The notes: generated by a model from the sequence alone, not told the origin. Positions 1 through 13,435 are shown, numbered from the stretch's first letter. The stretch is DNA of 64,000 nucleotides from Octopus vulgaris (GCA_951406725.2 OX597841.1:5890001-5954000), one strand, 5' to 3'. Numbers and translations are program-made.

Positions 1-83
1 GTAAATCATTCTCTCGAAACGATCACTTAAATAAACACAAATGCATTCATAGAAGAGAATCGTTGTCTGATAACCATTTCTGA
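1..83 (+). CDS. 3' end of a C2H2 zinc-finger gene truncated by the window edge
   Basis: Frame from nt 3 reads KSFSRNDHLNKHKCIHRRESLSDNHF*, resembling the C-terminus of the 4992-6137 gene ([13 protein letters not shown]...). Decayed finger/linker sequence (attcatacaggtgagaaaccatatcat) follows to about 230. Confidence 0.75.
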   Translation, partial: KSFSRNDHLNKHKCIHRRESLSDNHF

Positions 84-854
84 ATGAAACACAAATCTTT
101 TCAAACAGTGGAGGAAACATATCACTGATATCTGTTGTAAATTGTTCTCCCAAAACTCAACTTAATTAATACAGGTGTGCATTCATACAGGTGAGAAACC
201 ATATCATTTTGATAACTTTGGTCAACTATTTAATCAAATGGCTAATTTGATTTAAAATAAAGATATTTATACAAGGAATGTTCTATACTTACGAGACATG
301 GACCTGCATATCTGGATTCTGTTAATTTCATAACATTCCGTTACATTTTCCTTTATTGCCACTCCATGTGTTCTTGTTTCATTTCGGCTGCTATTTCTAG
401 CGGGCCAAATTGTAAATATTTCACTCTTTTTAATTTCCATTTTTTATTTAAATAAAAAAAAATCCCTTTTGTTTGCATCATTTGCGTTTTCTCTAAATTC
501 TTTTTCTTTCTTTTTTTTTAATAGCAATAAACGTCTTGACACAGCAAAGAAGATTTCACAGGGTCTCTTATTAACTCTATACATGACTAAAAGCATAGCT
601 ACACTAATGCCTGTCTTTCCATGCTGGCATGGGTTGGACAGTTCAACCGGGGTCTGGGAAGCCAGAAGGCTGCACCAGGATTCAATTTGATCTGGCAAAG
701 TTTCTACGGCTGGATGCCCTTCCTTACGCCAACCACACCGTGAGTGTCGTGGGTGCTTTTTACGTGCCACCGGCACAGGTGCCAGACGAGGCTAGCATGA
801 TGATGATGATGATATATATGTATATATATGTTCATTTAAGAAACCTCATCATAT

Positions 855-1228
855 AGGCACAGGAGTGGCTGTGTGGTAAGTTGCTTGTTTACCAACCACA
901 TGGTTCCGGGTTCAGTCCCACTGTGTGGTACCTTGGGCAAGTGTCTTCTACTATAGCCTCGGGCCGACCAAAGCCTTGTGAATGGATTGGTAGACGGAAA
1001 CTGAAAAGAAGCCCGTCGTATATATGTATATATGCATTTGTGTGTCTGTGTTTGTCCCTCCAACATCCGATGCTGGTGTGTTTACGTCCCCATTACTTAG
1101 CGGTTCGGCAAAAAGATACCGATGGAATAAGTACTGGGCTTACAAAAGAATAAGTCCCGGGGTCGAGTTGCTCGATTAAAGGTGGTGCTCCAGCATGGCC
1201 GCAGTCAAATGACTGAAACAAATAAAAG
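855..1228 (+). mobile_element. tRNA-headed SINE type 1 (other copies at about 2413-2822-, 3860-4270-, 12536-12920-, 15306-15843+, 26675-26830+, 36855-37015+, 47674-48075+, 60215-60625-, 60810-60945-, 62950-63355+)
   Basis: Pol III A box (TGGCTGTGTGG) and B box (GGTTCAGTCC), then CCTTGGGCAAGT (CORE-SINE-like), an internal (TA/TG)n tract and a constant tail ending gactgaaacaagtaaaagag. Confidence 0.85.
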
Positions 1229-1358
1229 AGTATAACCATGTTGCCAGCTTTAAGACAATCCAATGTTTGGATGGTCCTTTTTACATACCACTGACACGGA
1301 GAGACAGTCAGGCAGCATGGTGCTTATTGCATGCCACCAGCAACATATATATGTATAT

Positions 1359-1722
1359 AGGAGGCGCAATGGCCCAGTGGTTAGGGCAGCGGACTCGCGG
1401 TTTCGATTCCCAGACCGGGCGTTGTGAGTGTTTATTGAGCGAAAACACCTAAAAGCTCCACGAGGCTCCGGCAGGGGATGGTGGTGATCCCTTCTGTACT
1501 CTTTCACCACAACTTTCTCTCTCACTCTTACTTCCTGTTTCTGTTGTACCTGTATTTCAAAGGGCCGGCCTTGTCACTCTCTGTGTCATGCTGAATATCC
1601 CCGAGAACTACGTTAAGGGTACACGTGGAGTGCTCAGCCACTTACACGTTAATTTCATGAGCAGGCAGTTCCGTTGATCGGATCAACCGGAACCCTCGTC
1701 GTCGTAACTGACGGAGTGCTTC
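1359..1722 (+). mobile_element. SINE type 3 (related copy at 2058-2359 minus; isolated tail at about 2845-2955)
   Basis: tRNA-like head GGAGGCGCAATGGCCCAGTGGTTAGGGC...GGTTTCGATTCCC shared by both copies. Confidence 0.75.
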
Positions 1723-3349
1723 CTCTCTCTAATATATGTATATATCTATAGGTGTGTGTGTATGTGTGCGTATTACCCCTCCACAAAAAATCCCAAATTT
1801 TATTTAATTTGTTTTGCAGGAAGGACTGTTTCAACGGAGTCGTGTCTTGCCCTTACCTTCAAAACGCGGATTAGACAAAACAGGGGCAACTGAAGAAGGG
1901 GAATATTCCTTGTGTTGTATGCCTTGTACTCTGTTTTTTTGTTGTTTGAAAAAAATCCGTTTACATGTTTTTGTTTCTCATTGTGTTCTACATTTTTTTT
2001 GTGTCCTGTACCCATATATGCATGTATATATACATATAGATGTAGGTATGCACATATCACCGTGACCAACCAGGCTATCGGATGTTGCTACACATCGCTG
2101 GTCACAATGCATTTCGCATTGTTTTAGCCTTCAAATGACGCCACCCCGCTGGCTAAGCGAGCAGGCCAACAGAAGAAAGAGTGAGAGAAAGTTGTGGCGA
2201 AAGAGTAGAGCAGGGATCGCCACCACCCCCTGCCGGAGCCTCGTGGAGCTTTAGGTGTTTTCGCTCAATAAACACTCACAGCGCCCGGTCTGGGAATCGA
2301 AACCGCGATCCTACGACCGCGCGTCCACTGCCCTAACCACTGGGCCATTGCGCCTCCACAGGTATGCACATATATGTATGTATATATGCATATGTTGTAT
2401 TTATTATATATATACTCTTTTACTTGTTTCAGTCATTTGACTGCGGCCATGCTGGAGCACCGCCTTTAGTCGAGCAAATCGACCCCGGGACTTATTCTTT
2501 GTAAGCCCAGTACTTATTCTATCGGTCTCTTTTGCTGAACCGCTAAGTGATGGGGATGTAAACACACCAGCATCGGTTGTCAAGCAATGCTAGGGGAACA
2601 AACACAGACAAACAAACATATACACGCACATACATATATATATATATATACGTATATACGACAGGCTTCTTTCAGTTTCCGTCTACCAAATCCACTCACA
2701 AGGCATTGGTCGGCCCGGGGCTATAGTAGAAGACACTTTGCCCAAGGTGCCACGCAGTGGGACTGAACCCGGAACCATGTGGTTGGTTAGCAAGCTACTT
2801 ACTACAAAGCCACTCCTGTGCCTCATATATATATATATATCAATCACCGTGACCAACCAGGCTATCAGATGTTGCTACACATCACTGGTTACAATACGCT
2901 TCACGTTGTTTTAGCCTACAAATGATGCCACCTCGCTGGCTAAGCGAGCAGGCCAATATATATATATATTTATTGAAAAGACCCTTGTCCTCACGTCCTG
3001 CTTTTGTTGTTATCCTTACCATTATTGTTTTTACGTATTTTGTATTCTTATTCGTGCTATCATTATTGTTTTTACGTATTTTGGTATTTTTATTCGTGTA
3101 ACATCGTCCTTTTTCCGTCCCTGTGTTGTATACATTCGAGGCTTTCTTCCAAGGATTCTAATGCGCTTGGCTTAGATTTCCCTTGGGGGCTGCCCAGATC
3201 AGAGCAATCTCAAGATTAATCAGCCGAAATTGCGAAGATGATCCGGTTCTTGACTGATGATTGAGGGCTTCGAATGTCCCGTCCGTGTTTTTTGTGTCGT
3301 CTTCTAAATGTTTCACGTTCTTGTCCCAGTTTGTATATTTTTTTACTTT

Positions 3350-3390
<41 letters not shown>

Positions 3391-4805
3391 TAGTTATGTT
3401 TTTTGATAACATGATAAGTTAGATAGAATGATGTATATATCATTCAACCATGGTAGTGGTTGAATATATTCTTAAGTTCACCATTCCGTCAATCGCAGCA
3501 GCTTCCAGGCTTCACCACTAATTCAGTTCTCAACTAAATTGCCAACTGTGAACAGTCTTAGCATCAGCTTATTTCGCTCTTTCTCACAGAACCCTAGGGC
3601 TCTGGGGAACCCTGATTGAGAAACGCTGACATAGGAGGATAAAAAAAACCCCAACATATTTCAAGGCCAGATGAAACGAATCAACCCACTGCCTTGTGTG
3701 TTCCAAAGTTCTCTGTTCTCTGTATCAGAAATGGCCTGGTTCTCTCTCAGCTACAATGGTGAGTGTTGCAGTTGATTCGATCAATGGAACAGCCTGTTTG
3801 TGAAACTAACTGGCTGTTCCATTTATCGAATCAACAGCAACACTCTGTTTATTCTTCTTACTCTTTTACTTGTTTCAGTCATTTTGACTGTGGCCATGCT
3901 GGAGCACCGCCTTTAGTCGAGCAACTCGACCCCGGGACTTATTCTTTTTGTAAGCCCAGTACTTATTCTATTGGTCTCTTTTGCCGAACCGCTAAGTAAC
4001 AGGGACGTAAACACACCAGCATCGGTTGTCAAGCAATGCTAGGGGGACAAACACAGACAAACAAACATATACACGCACATACATATATATATATATATAC
4101 GTATATACGACAGGCCTCTTTCAGTTTCCGTCTACCAAATCCACTCACAAGGCATTGGTCGGCCCGGGGCTATGGCAGAAGGCACTTGCCCAAGGTGCCA
4201 CGCAGTGGGACTGAACCCGGAACCATGTGGTTGGTTAGCAAGCTACTTAACACACAGCCACTCCTGCGCCTTTGTAGTTTCAAAATGCCTTATTGTACGA
4301 CTATGAGATGTATTATTATTGTCATGATTTTATCTTATTACAATCAACAACAAACACATTTCGTCAATATAAAAGTCTTTATTAGATTAAAAATAACATT
4401 ATCAAAATACTTTGTTTTCTTCCAAACACGCTAGTAGGGAGCGAAAGAGCAAGGAACGCAGAGTGCTGACAAGAAAGAAAGGATAAAGATATCAGTGATA
4501 TCTTCTGTAGGAATATATTTCTGTTCAATTAATTTAGCCTTTGATTCAATGATTTATCACTCCTGTCACAACATGGCTTCCCTGCAAGGTGAATCTGTTT
4601 ATGTTTGGTTGAGGTACATCCTGTAGAGAATGGCTAACCACAGGTAAGATCTCTCACCTGTAAGTATACACCTGTGTCCAGTTAAGTGGTGATTTTAAGA
4701 GAATAAGTTACCACAAATATCACACTGATATGGTTTCTCTCCTCAATGAATGCACTTGTGTGTAGTTAACTGGTGTTTGTGAGAGAATGATTTATCACAA
4801 ATATA

Positions 4806-4948
4806 AGGGTTGGCGTTAGGAAGGGCATCCAGCCGTAGAAGCATTGCCAGGTCAGACTGGGCCTGGTGCAGCTTTCTGGCTTCCCAGACCCCAGTTGAAC
4901 CGTCCAACCCATGCTAGCATGGAAAGCGGACGATAACTGATGATGATA
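4806..4948 (+). mobile_element. Short 3' end of the RTE LINE inserted into a decayed finger (similar 3'UTR fragments at about 605-810, 6505-6700, 16365-16590, 48718-48995)
   Basis: Matches the 3' end of the 23060 element (aagggcatccagc...ccatgctagcatggaaagcggacg...gatgatgat). Flanked by ATAAG on both sides. Confidence 0.75.
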
Positions 4949-4991
4949 AGTGATATGCTTTCTCTCCTGTTTGAATACCTTTGTGTTTGGT

Positions 4992-6137
4992 TCATCCATC
5001 ATTATCAGAGAATGAATTATCATGGTGATACGCCTTCTCTCTTGTGGAAGTACATTTGTGCTTATTTAATTGATCATTTTGAGAGAATGACTGACCACAG
5101 GTGTCACACTGATAAGGCTCCTCTCCCGTATGAATACGTTTATGCTTAGCTAAGGTCCCTCCTACAGCGAATGACTGACCACAGATTTCACACTGATAGG
5201 GTTTCTCCCCAGTATGAATGCGCTTGTGTACAGTCAAATGTGTATTTTCAGAGAATGATTTACCACAGATATCACACCGATAAGGTTTCTCTCCCGTATG
5301 AATACGTTTGTGTGTACTCAGGGTACTTGCTGTAGAGTACGACTGGCCACAGGTAACGCATAGATATGGTCTCTTTCCTGTATGAATGCGTTTGTGGTTA
5401 TTTAAGACATTATTTTGAGAGAATGATTTACCACAGACATCACATTGAAATGGCTTCTCTCCCGTATGAATGCGTTTGTGTGTACTCAAGATACTTAACG
5501 TAGAGTATGACTGACCACAGATAACACACTGATAAGGTCTCTTTCCTGTATGAATGCGTTTGTGATTAGTTAAGACATGACTCTGAGAGAATGATTTACC
5601 ACAGACATCACAGTGATATGGCCTCCCTCCTGTATGAATGCGTTTGTGCCTGGTCAAACTGCTTCCTTCAGAGAAGGACTGGCTGCAGACGTCACAACGA
5701 AATGGCTTCTCTCCTGTGTGAACACGTTTATGTTTAGTTAGTGTACCAACTTCAGAGAACGACTGACCACAGCAATCACACCGATAAGGTTTCTCTCCCG
5801 TATGAACGCGTTTGTGCTTAGTTAAGGTTCCTCCTTCAGAGAATGACTGACCACAGATATTGCAGCGGTACGGCCTCTCCCCAGTATGAATACGTTTGTG
5901 ATTAGTTAACGCATATTTTTGATAGAATGATTTTCCACAGATATCACAGTGGTGGGGTTTCTCTCCTGTATGAATATGTTTGTGAGTAGCGAGGCTTTCT
6001 TTCCGAGCAAATGATTTTTTACAGATATCACAGTTGTGAGATGTTTTTCCTCTATCTTTTGGCACCTCCTCAATAAAGTCAAGACTTTCCGTCAGCATTT
6101 TACATTTCACATTGTCCTCACGCAATTCACTTTCCAT
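4992..6137 (-). CDS. C2H2 zinc-finger protein, 381 aa, 11 intact fingers plus 1 degenerate, short acidic N-terminal leader
   Basis: Repeated CxxC-x12-HxxxH with TGEKP-type linkers. A splice acceptor (ctcttatttcag|attacggg) puts the exon start at about 6419. Decayed fingers continue in the 3'UTR to about 4560. Confidence 0.93.
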   Translation of the reverse strand: MESELREDNVKCKMLTESLDFIEEVPKDRGKTSHNCDICKKSFARKESLATHKHIHTGEKPHHCDICGKSFYQKYALTNHKRIHTGERPYRCNICGQSFSEGGTLTKHKRVHTGEKPYRCDCCGQSFSEVGTLTKHKRVHTGEKPFRCDVCSQSFSEGSSLTRHKRIHTGGRPYHCDVCGKSFSQSHVLTNHKRIHTGKRPYQCVICGQSYSTLSILSTHKRIHTGEKPFQCDVCGKSFSQNNVLNNHKRIHTGKRPYLCVTCGQSYSTASTLSTHKRIHTGEKPYRCDICGKSFSENTHLTVHKRIHTGEKPYQCEICGQSFAVGGTLAKHKRIHTGEEPYQCDTCGQSFSQNDQLNKHKCTSTREKAYHHDNSFSDNDG

Positions 6138-7245
6138 AATCTATATTTTCTCACCACAATATGCAGATGTTTACACACTTCATTCCTATAAAATTTCTTA
6201 TCTTGGTCAATATCTGCAGAAGCTGCCAGCTCTTTTAGTAATCCAAGGTTAATAAGAATGCAAAATCCTCATTGAAGAAGAAATATTGCTGCAGTCGCAA
6301 GAAATATTTCACACAAAATTTACCTTCTTTCTATAAACAGGGATCTCTTTGTTCTGTGTCACAGTTCTGTTTAATCTTTCAAAAATGATAAATCCTTTAA
6401 TCCAATGTTATCCCGTAATCTGAAATAAGAGAGAAACAGCAGAAATTAGAGGATACTTCATAAAACAACAGAGATTACACAGATTTTACATGTTATATTC
6501 ATGATTCATCATCATCATCATAGGTTAATGTTTGCTTTCCATGCAAGCATGGGTGAGACAGCTTCACAAGAGCCAGCCAGGCAGAAGCCTGCACCAGACT
6601 TCTGTAACTGTTTTGGCAAGATTTTTACTGCTGGATGCCCCTCCTAACACCAACCACTCGGCAGAGTGGTCTTAGTGCTTTTTACAAGAACAGGCATGTT
6701 CAGTTTTGGCAAGGGTTTTGCAGCTGGGTGTCCTTCCAAACACCAAGCGCTTTACAGTGTGGAATGGGTGCTTTTAAGTGCACTAACCGGGTCACCAAGT
6801 ACTTGCAAGAAAAAAGGAATTTCAAGGGGGGAGGGGACATTGTAGGAGATGATCGTATGTCAGATGATGAAAGGTTAAAGGGAGACAGGGGGACAGAAAG
6901 TCTTGCTGTAGAGGAAGTACAAGGTTACTTGGCTGCAGGAAGAGATATCAGGAATGAGGACAGAAACAGGTGTGCTGCCGCAAAGGAAATACATGTTTAC
7001 CCAACCTGAGGGAAGTGCGGGAAAAAGAGAGAGAGAGAGAGTGGGAGAGAGCAGGATGGAGATGGTGGCAAAGTGCCAGGCATACTCACAAGGGACAGGG
7101 ATCAGAATATGAATGGGATGGTTGAATATAGGAAGTGAGAGATATATATTTCTTTACTACCCACAAGGGTCTAAACATAGAAGGGACAAACAAGGACAGA
7201 CAAAGGGATTAAGTCGATTACATCGACCCCAGTGCGTAACTGGTA

Positions 7246-7345
7246 NNNNNNNNNNNNNNNNNNNNNNNNNNNNNNNNNNNNNNNNNNNNNNNNNNNNNNN
7301 NNNNNNNNNNNNNNNNNNNNNNNNNNNNNNNNNNNNNNNNNNNNN
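7246..7345. other. Assembly gap (100 N)
   Basis: Run of N. The upstream exon(s) and promoter of the 7453 gene are not visible. Confidence 1.
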
Positions 7346-7452
7346 GAAATATTTGTAAGGAATAAACTATAAAAAGAAGGATAAAGATAGGAGTAAAAGT
7401 TTAATGTGGTGAGAAAGGCCAAGGATTGGGTCTATTTTGATTCCTCAAAGAA

Positions 7453-9825
7453 ATGCGGAAAAATATGCGAAAATCATTGTATCGTTGTGATATCTGTGGT
7501 AAATCAACCACTAGAAGTGCTGCCTTAGATAGACACAAGCGTACTCACACAGGAGAGAAACCATATCACTGTGATATCTGTGGTAAATCATTCATACAAA
7601 GCAGTGACTTAACTAATCACAAACATGTTCATACAGGAGCGAAGCAATTCCACTGCGATATTTGTGGTAAATCATTTTCTAGAAATGATACTTTAACTTC
7701 TCACAAACGTGTTCATGCAGGAGAGAAACCATTTCGCTGTGATATTTGTGGTAAATCCTTCACTCAAAGCGGTGGCTTAACTAATCACAAACGTGTTCAT
7801 ACAGGAGAGAAACCATTTCGCTGTGATATTTGTGGTAAATCCTTCGCTCAAAGCAAGGGCTTAACTAATCACAAACGTATTCATACAGGAGAGAAGCCAT
7901 TTCGCTGTGATATTTGTGGTAAATCATTCTCTCACAGAAGTGCCTTAATTGTACACAAACGTGTTCATACAGGAGAGAAGCCATTTCACTGTGATACGTG
8001 TGGCAAATCATTCTCTAGCAGCAATTACCTAACTAGCCACAGACATATTCATACAGGAGAGAAGCCATTTCGCTGTGATATTTGTGGTAAATCATTCTCT
8101 CAAAGTAGTCCCTTAACTGCACACAAACGTGTTCATACAGGAGAGAAGCCATTTCACTGTGATACGTGTGGCAAATCATTCTCTAGCAGCAATTACCTAA
8201 CTAGCCACAGACATATTCATACAGGAGAGAAGCCATTTCGCTGTAATATCTGTGGTAAATCATTCTCTCAAAGTAGTCCCTTAACTGCACACAAACGTGT
8301 TCATACAGGAGAGAAGCCATTTCACTGTGATACGTGTGGCAAATCATTCTCTAGCAGCAATTACCTAACTAGCCACAGACATATTCATACAGGAGAGAAG
8401 CCATTTCACTGTGATACGTGTGGCAAATCATTCTCTAGCAGCAATTACCTAACTAGCCACAGACATATTCATACAGGAGAGAAGCCATTTCGCTGTGATA
8501 TTTGTGGTAAATCATTCTCTCAAAGTAGTCCCTTAACTGCACACAAACGTGTTCATACAGGAGAGAAGCCATTTCACTGTGATACGTGTGGCAAATCATT
8601 CTCTAGCAGCAATTACCTAACTAGCCACAGACATATTCATACAGGAGAGAAGCCATTTCACTGTGATACGTGTGGCAAATCATTCTCTAGCAGCAATTAC
8701 CTAACTAGCCACAGACATATTCATACAGGAGAGAAGCCATTTCGCTGTGATATTTGTGGTAAATCATTCTCTCAAAGTAGTCCCTTAACTGCACACAAAC
8801 GTGTTCATACAGGAGAGAAGCCATTTCACTGTGATACGTGTGGCAAATCATTCTCTAGCAGCAATTACCTAACTAGCCACAGACATATTCATACAGGAGA
8901 GAAGCCATTTCGCTGTAATATCTGTGGTAAATCATTCTCTCAAAGTAGTCCCTTAACTGCACACAAACGTGTTCATACAGGAGAGAAGCCATTTCACTGT
9001 GATACGTGTGGCAAATCATTCTCTAGCAGCAATTACCTAACTAGCCACAGACATATTCATACAGGAGAGAAGCCATTTCACTGTGATACGTGTGGCAAAT
9101 CATTCTCTAGCAGCAATTACCTAACTAGCCACAGACATATTCATACAGGAGAGAAGCCATTTCGCTGTGATATTTGTGGTAAATCATTCTCTCAAAGTAG
9201 TCCCTTAACTGCACACAAACGTGTTCATACAGGAGAGAAGCCATTTCACTGTGATACGTGTGGCAAATCATTCTCTAGCAGCAATTACCTAACTAGCCAC
9301 AGACATATTCATACAGGAGAGAAGCCATTTCGCTGTGATATTTGTGGTAAATCATTCTCTCAAAGTAGTCACTTAACTGCACACAAACGTGTTCATACAG
9401 GAGAGAAGCCATTTCACTGTGATATTTGTGGTAAATCCTTCATACAAAGCAATGACTTAACTAAACACAAACGTGTTCATACAGGAGAGAAGCAATTTCG
9501 CTGTGATATTTGTGGTAAATCCTTCATACAAAGCAATGACTTAACTAAACACAAACGTGTTCATACAGGAGAAAAGCCATTTCGCTGTGATATTTGTGGT
9601 AAATCCTTCATACAAAGCAATGACTTAACTAAATACAAACGTGTTCATACAGGAGAGAGGCCATTTCGCTGTGATATTTGTGGTAAATCATTCTCTCAAA
9701 GCAATGACTTAACTAAACACAAACGTGTTCATACAGGAGAAAAGCCATTTCGCTGTGATATTTGTGGTAAATGCTTCATACAAAGCAGTGACTTAACTAA
9801 ACACGAACGTGTTCATACAGGATAG
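7453..9825 (+). CDS. C2H2 zinc-finger protein, 790 aa, 28 fingers with an internal minisatellite-like array
   Basis: 28 tandem 28-aa units. Fingers 7-23 use only two types (SSSNYLTSH and SQSSPLTAH). Finger 26 has His>Tyr. The ORF ends at TAG in the HTG-E linker. Confidence 0.92.
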   Translation: MRKNMRKSLYRCDICGKSTTRSAALDRHKRTHTGEKPYHCDICGKSFIQSSDLTNHKHVHTGAKQFHCDICGKSFSRNDTLTSHKRVHAGEKPFRCDICGKSFTQSGGLTNHKRVHTGEKPFRCDICGKSFAQSKGLTNHKRIHTGEKPFRCDICGKSFSHRSALIVHKRVHTGEKPFHCDTCGKSFSSSNYLTSHRHIHTGEKPFRCDICGKSFSQSSPLTAHKRVHTGEKPFHCDTCGKSFSSSNYLTSHRHIHTGEKPFRCNICGKSFSQSSPLTAHKRVHTGEKPFHCDTCGKSFSSSNYLTSHRHIHTGEKPFHCDTCGKSFSSSNYLTSHRHIHTGEKPFRCDICGKSFSQSSPLTAHKRVHTGEKPFHCDTCGKSFSSSNYLTSHRHIHTGEKPFHCDTCGKSFSSSNYLTSHRHIHTGEKPFRCDICGKSFSQSSPLTAHKRVHTGEKPFHCDTCGKSFSSSNYLTSHRHIHTGEKPFRCNICGKSFSQSSPLTAHKRVHTGEKPFHCDTCGKSFSSSNYLTSHRHIHTGEKPFHCDTCGKSFSSSNYLTSHRHIHTGEKPFRCDICGKSFSQSSPLTAHKRVHTGEKPFHCDTCGKSFSSSNYLTSHRHIHTGEKPFRCDICGKSFSQSSHLTAHKRVHTGEKPFHCDICGKSFIQSNDLTKHKRVHTGEKQFRCDICGKSFIQSNDLTKHKRVHTGEKPFRCDICGKSFIQSNDLTKYKRVHTGERPFRCDICGKSFSQSNDLTKHKRVHTGEKPFRCDICGKCFIQSSDLTKHERVHTG

Positions 9826-11904
9826 AGGCCTTTTTGCTGTGATTTCTGTATTTTTTATGAAATGTCTTTGCAGCACACAGCAACAGACATTTTAAAACCC
9901 TTTCTCCTTGTGGGCATTGTCAGAAACTGATGAACCTTTGGTAACATTCATAATCATCAGGGTTCCTTTTTGAGGTATTGTTAATGATGCCAACCCCTTT
10001 TGTAAGCACTTACCTGGGATACACATAGTTTTGCTGGGCACAGGTATTTGTTAGAATTGTGTGTAGAAAATAATTTGTATAACCATAAATATTCCCAATT
10101 TAGGAAGCACTAGATTAGACAATTGTGAGGAGTGGAAACAGTGATGTGCAGATAAATATAGTTGTGTGTGTAGCAGAATGTAGCAGACACGAGAGGCCCA
10201 TTGATATTAAAGCTGAAATCTAAAAGAGGAGAAACGTGTGAGGCAGTGCAGCATCATGAGAGCAGATGGTGGAGAAATCCAGGTGAACATCTTTTAGAGT
10301 AACTGGGCTTTTAGCAAGACAATTTCTTGCATACTGAAAATATATACTCCATGAAGAAGATTGTGAAATCGTGTGGAGGTGACGTGGTTAAATAAATATG
10401 TCTTCAACACTGAAACTTGCTGACTTGGTTTTTATATGTACCTAAATATGTATGTTTGATTGCTTCTCGTTTATTAATTGCATCCAAGGTGTTTGTTGAT
10501 GCTGGGCTTTGATCTTTGTTTGCTTGTTTATTTCAGCTTGCTTCTTATTCCTCTGTGTCAATTTGCTTCTGATGAAGCAATTAGATGAACAAAGCTGCTA
10601 TCCCCACTTTTTTCATGCAGGTGAAAAGATTAGTGGGTGTTTAGGTGAAATTTCTGAGGCTTCCTCCTCACTTCACCCCGTTTTACAGTCCCCAGAAAGC
10701 ATTGTAGCATATTACGAGGTCACAGAACTTCATCCAACGAAAAAAGACAAAAATATCCAATGATTCCAGGGTGGGAAGGGGTCTCCTCCCCACTTTTTTT
10801 CTGAACCTAAATAAGGGATTTGCAGCATATTAAGAGGTATTTGACTCCACGGAAAAAATCCAAGTTTTTTTTTCTTTTTGCTTCGTGAAAATCTTAGAAA
10901 TTTACTGTTCTACAGTAATTTTCTTTGCTGTAAATAAATATTTATATCACCTTGGATAAGGGGTGATTTGTTTTTGAAACGCCTTTTAATGGAAACGGTA
11001 CGTCTTCCATGCCATCAAACATGGGAATCATTTGGCAATAAATAGCATTATATTTTTGGGTAAATAAAGAGAAATTGGAAAATGTAAAGAAAAAATTTTT
11101 AATTCTGATATAACCATAATTGGCATACCTACACAACTCCTCTCCACTTTGTTTCCTCCTGTCTTTCAAAACAAAAAAAAGTGTGTTTTCAATGAAATTC
11201 TCTACAAACATGAAGGGGAGAGAGAACACACAGGGAAAGGAAAAGCCTACAAACGTCTTCTTTGAAATTTTGTAATTTTCCAGATGGTTAAACTGCTTCA
11301 TCACACCCTGCCACCCTTCATCCTCTCCTTCCCCACATGCTCCGATCCCTTCTAGCGTGGGATTTGGTGGGTATTTGTCCTGCTCATCCCTTTATTCAGC
11401 CCACAACTCCTGTAAACGCCAACTTAACCACCATCGTCTCCTACCCCCACTGCCAGTATTAACGCTCTTCGTCCTGCTCCCCACTCTACCTCCATCGCTA
11501 ACCTTCTCCCTACTCCCCTTATTCACCCCACCCTGCCTGCATCACCACTCAGCCACCCCCTCTAGCTCCAGCGCTATTGTCCCCCACCCCATCTAAATTC
11601 TTATTTCTTCATTGCCCACAAGGGGCTAAACATAGAGGGGACAGACAAACGGATTAAGTCGATTACATCGACCCCAGTGCCTAACTGGTACTTAATTTAT
11701 CGACCCTGAAAGGATAAAATGTAAAGTCGACCTCCGCGGAATTTGAACTCAGAACGTAACGGCAGACGAAATACCGCTAAGCATTTCGCCCGGCATGCTA
11801 ACGTTTCTGCCAGCTCGCTGCCCCATCTGAATTCTACCTCTAATGCTGACCCCTCTGATGCTGCTAATTCACCTCCAAGCTGTGTCCTCTGCAACTGTAC
11901 AAGC

Positions 11905-12354
11905 CACCATTACATGCCTTGGTCTCATCTTCAAGCCACTAATTCTACTCTATGGCTCAGAAACCTGGACGTTATCAAAGAAGCTTGAGAGGCGGTTGGA
12001 TGGAACCTACACTCGCCTCCTTATCAGAGCTCAAAATCTCTTGTGGAAGCGCCATCCAACCGAAAATGCAAATATATGGGAAACTACCACCTGTGTCATC
12101 TCTTGTGAAAGGTAGGAGAGTCCAGTTTGCTGGACATTGTTGTAGAGCTGAAAACGAGGCAATTTCTACTCTTCTCCTCTGGAAGCCATCTACTCGCAAC
12201 ACCAGAGGGCGCAAACTCTCCTACCCTGATGTAATCTCCAGGGATACAGGCATCCAGCAACAGGACCTCCGTAATGCCATGATGGACCGTGAAGTCTGGC
12301 GTAGCATGGTAAATTCCATTGTCTCAACCACGGACGAACAATGATGATGATGAT
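11905..12354 (+). mobile_element. 3' fragment of a second RTE-like LINE family (inverted copy at about 51286-51735)
   Basis: ILLYGSETWTLSKKLERRLDGTYTRLL...RRVQFAGHC...DREVWRSMV* followed by a (GAT)n tail. Confidence 0.8.
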
Positions 12355-12722
12355 ACATAAATATATACAAGGTGCATTCCAGACGTGTTCAGGTTTTTCA
12401 GGAGAGACATTCATTAATTTCAAAGGAGTACAAAGTGGGATCTTTTGACTTGAATGTGCTTTCTGTTGCACAACTTCCATTTCGTGCGGATCCCGTGGAA
12501 ACACTTAGGTACACATAAGTTATGTTTTGCAATTTACTCTTTTACTTGTTTCAGTCATTTGACTGCGGCCATGCTGGAGCACCGCCTTTAGTCGAGCAAA
12601 TCGACCCCGGCACTTATTCTTTGTAAGCCCAGTGCTTATTCTATCGGTCTCTTTTGCCGAACTCCTAAGTGACGGGGACATAAACACACCAGCATTGGTT
12701 GTCAAGCAATGCTGGGGGACAA

Positions 12723-12753
<31 letters not shown>

Positions 12754-13435
12754 CATATATACGACAGGCTTCTTTCAGTTTCCGTCTACCAAATCCACTC
12801 AGAAGGCATTGGTCGACCCGGGGCTATAGTAGAAGACACTTGCCCAAGATGCCACGCATTAGGACTGAACCCAGAACCATGTGGTTGGTTAGCAAGCTAC
12901 TTACCACACAGCCACTCCTGTGGAAATTGTGATATTAAAACAAATGTTTTCCTCACCACGACCACCACCACCAAAAGTTAATTTCTCTCCGAAAGAGCGA
13001 GGGTGGCATTATCTCTTTCTTTCCCTTTTTCATTAGAATGTCTCAAGACACTCGGTTGTCACAAAACTGTTAAAACTTCACAAACTTGACCGACCTGTGG
13101 CTAAATCTGGATTTAATTTCATCTTATACAAACTATGCTATCAATTATAGAGAATTGCAAACCTAACTTATTTATCTGTACATTTTCATAAATGTTTCCA
13201 CAGGGTTCACACAAAAAGAAGTTGTGCAACAGCAAGCACAGAGATAAATTGCGGCGATCCTTCGGTATACGTACCGGAAGTGGCTTTCTTTACACTTCTG
13301 AAGATAACAGAAACCCTTTTCTCGTACCCCTAGCCCTAAATCCCCCCCCCTCCATATATACATATATATATATAAAAAAATACTTTCTTGAAATGTATCC
13401 GGTACCCATACCGAAGTTACGCCACATAAACATAT

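Noticed and set aside
855-935. tRNA-like sequences with A and B boxes
   Set aside because: They are SINE heads that run into constant SINE bodies. No complete cloverleaf was identified.
3250-3285. CTGATGA...CGAATGTC hammerhead-like motif (also CTGAAGA plus hairpin near 1890)
   Set aside because: No GAAA core and no convincing stems I/II.
6039-6137. Possible KRAB/ZAD/SCAN/BTB or SET domain N-terminal to the fingers
   Set aside because: The leaders are only 8-33 aa with no recognisable motif, and no PR/SET exon is seen, so no gene symbol (e.g. PRDM9) is assigned.
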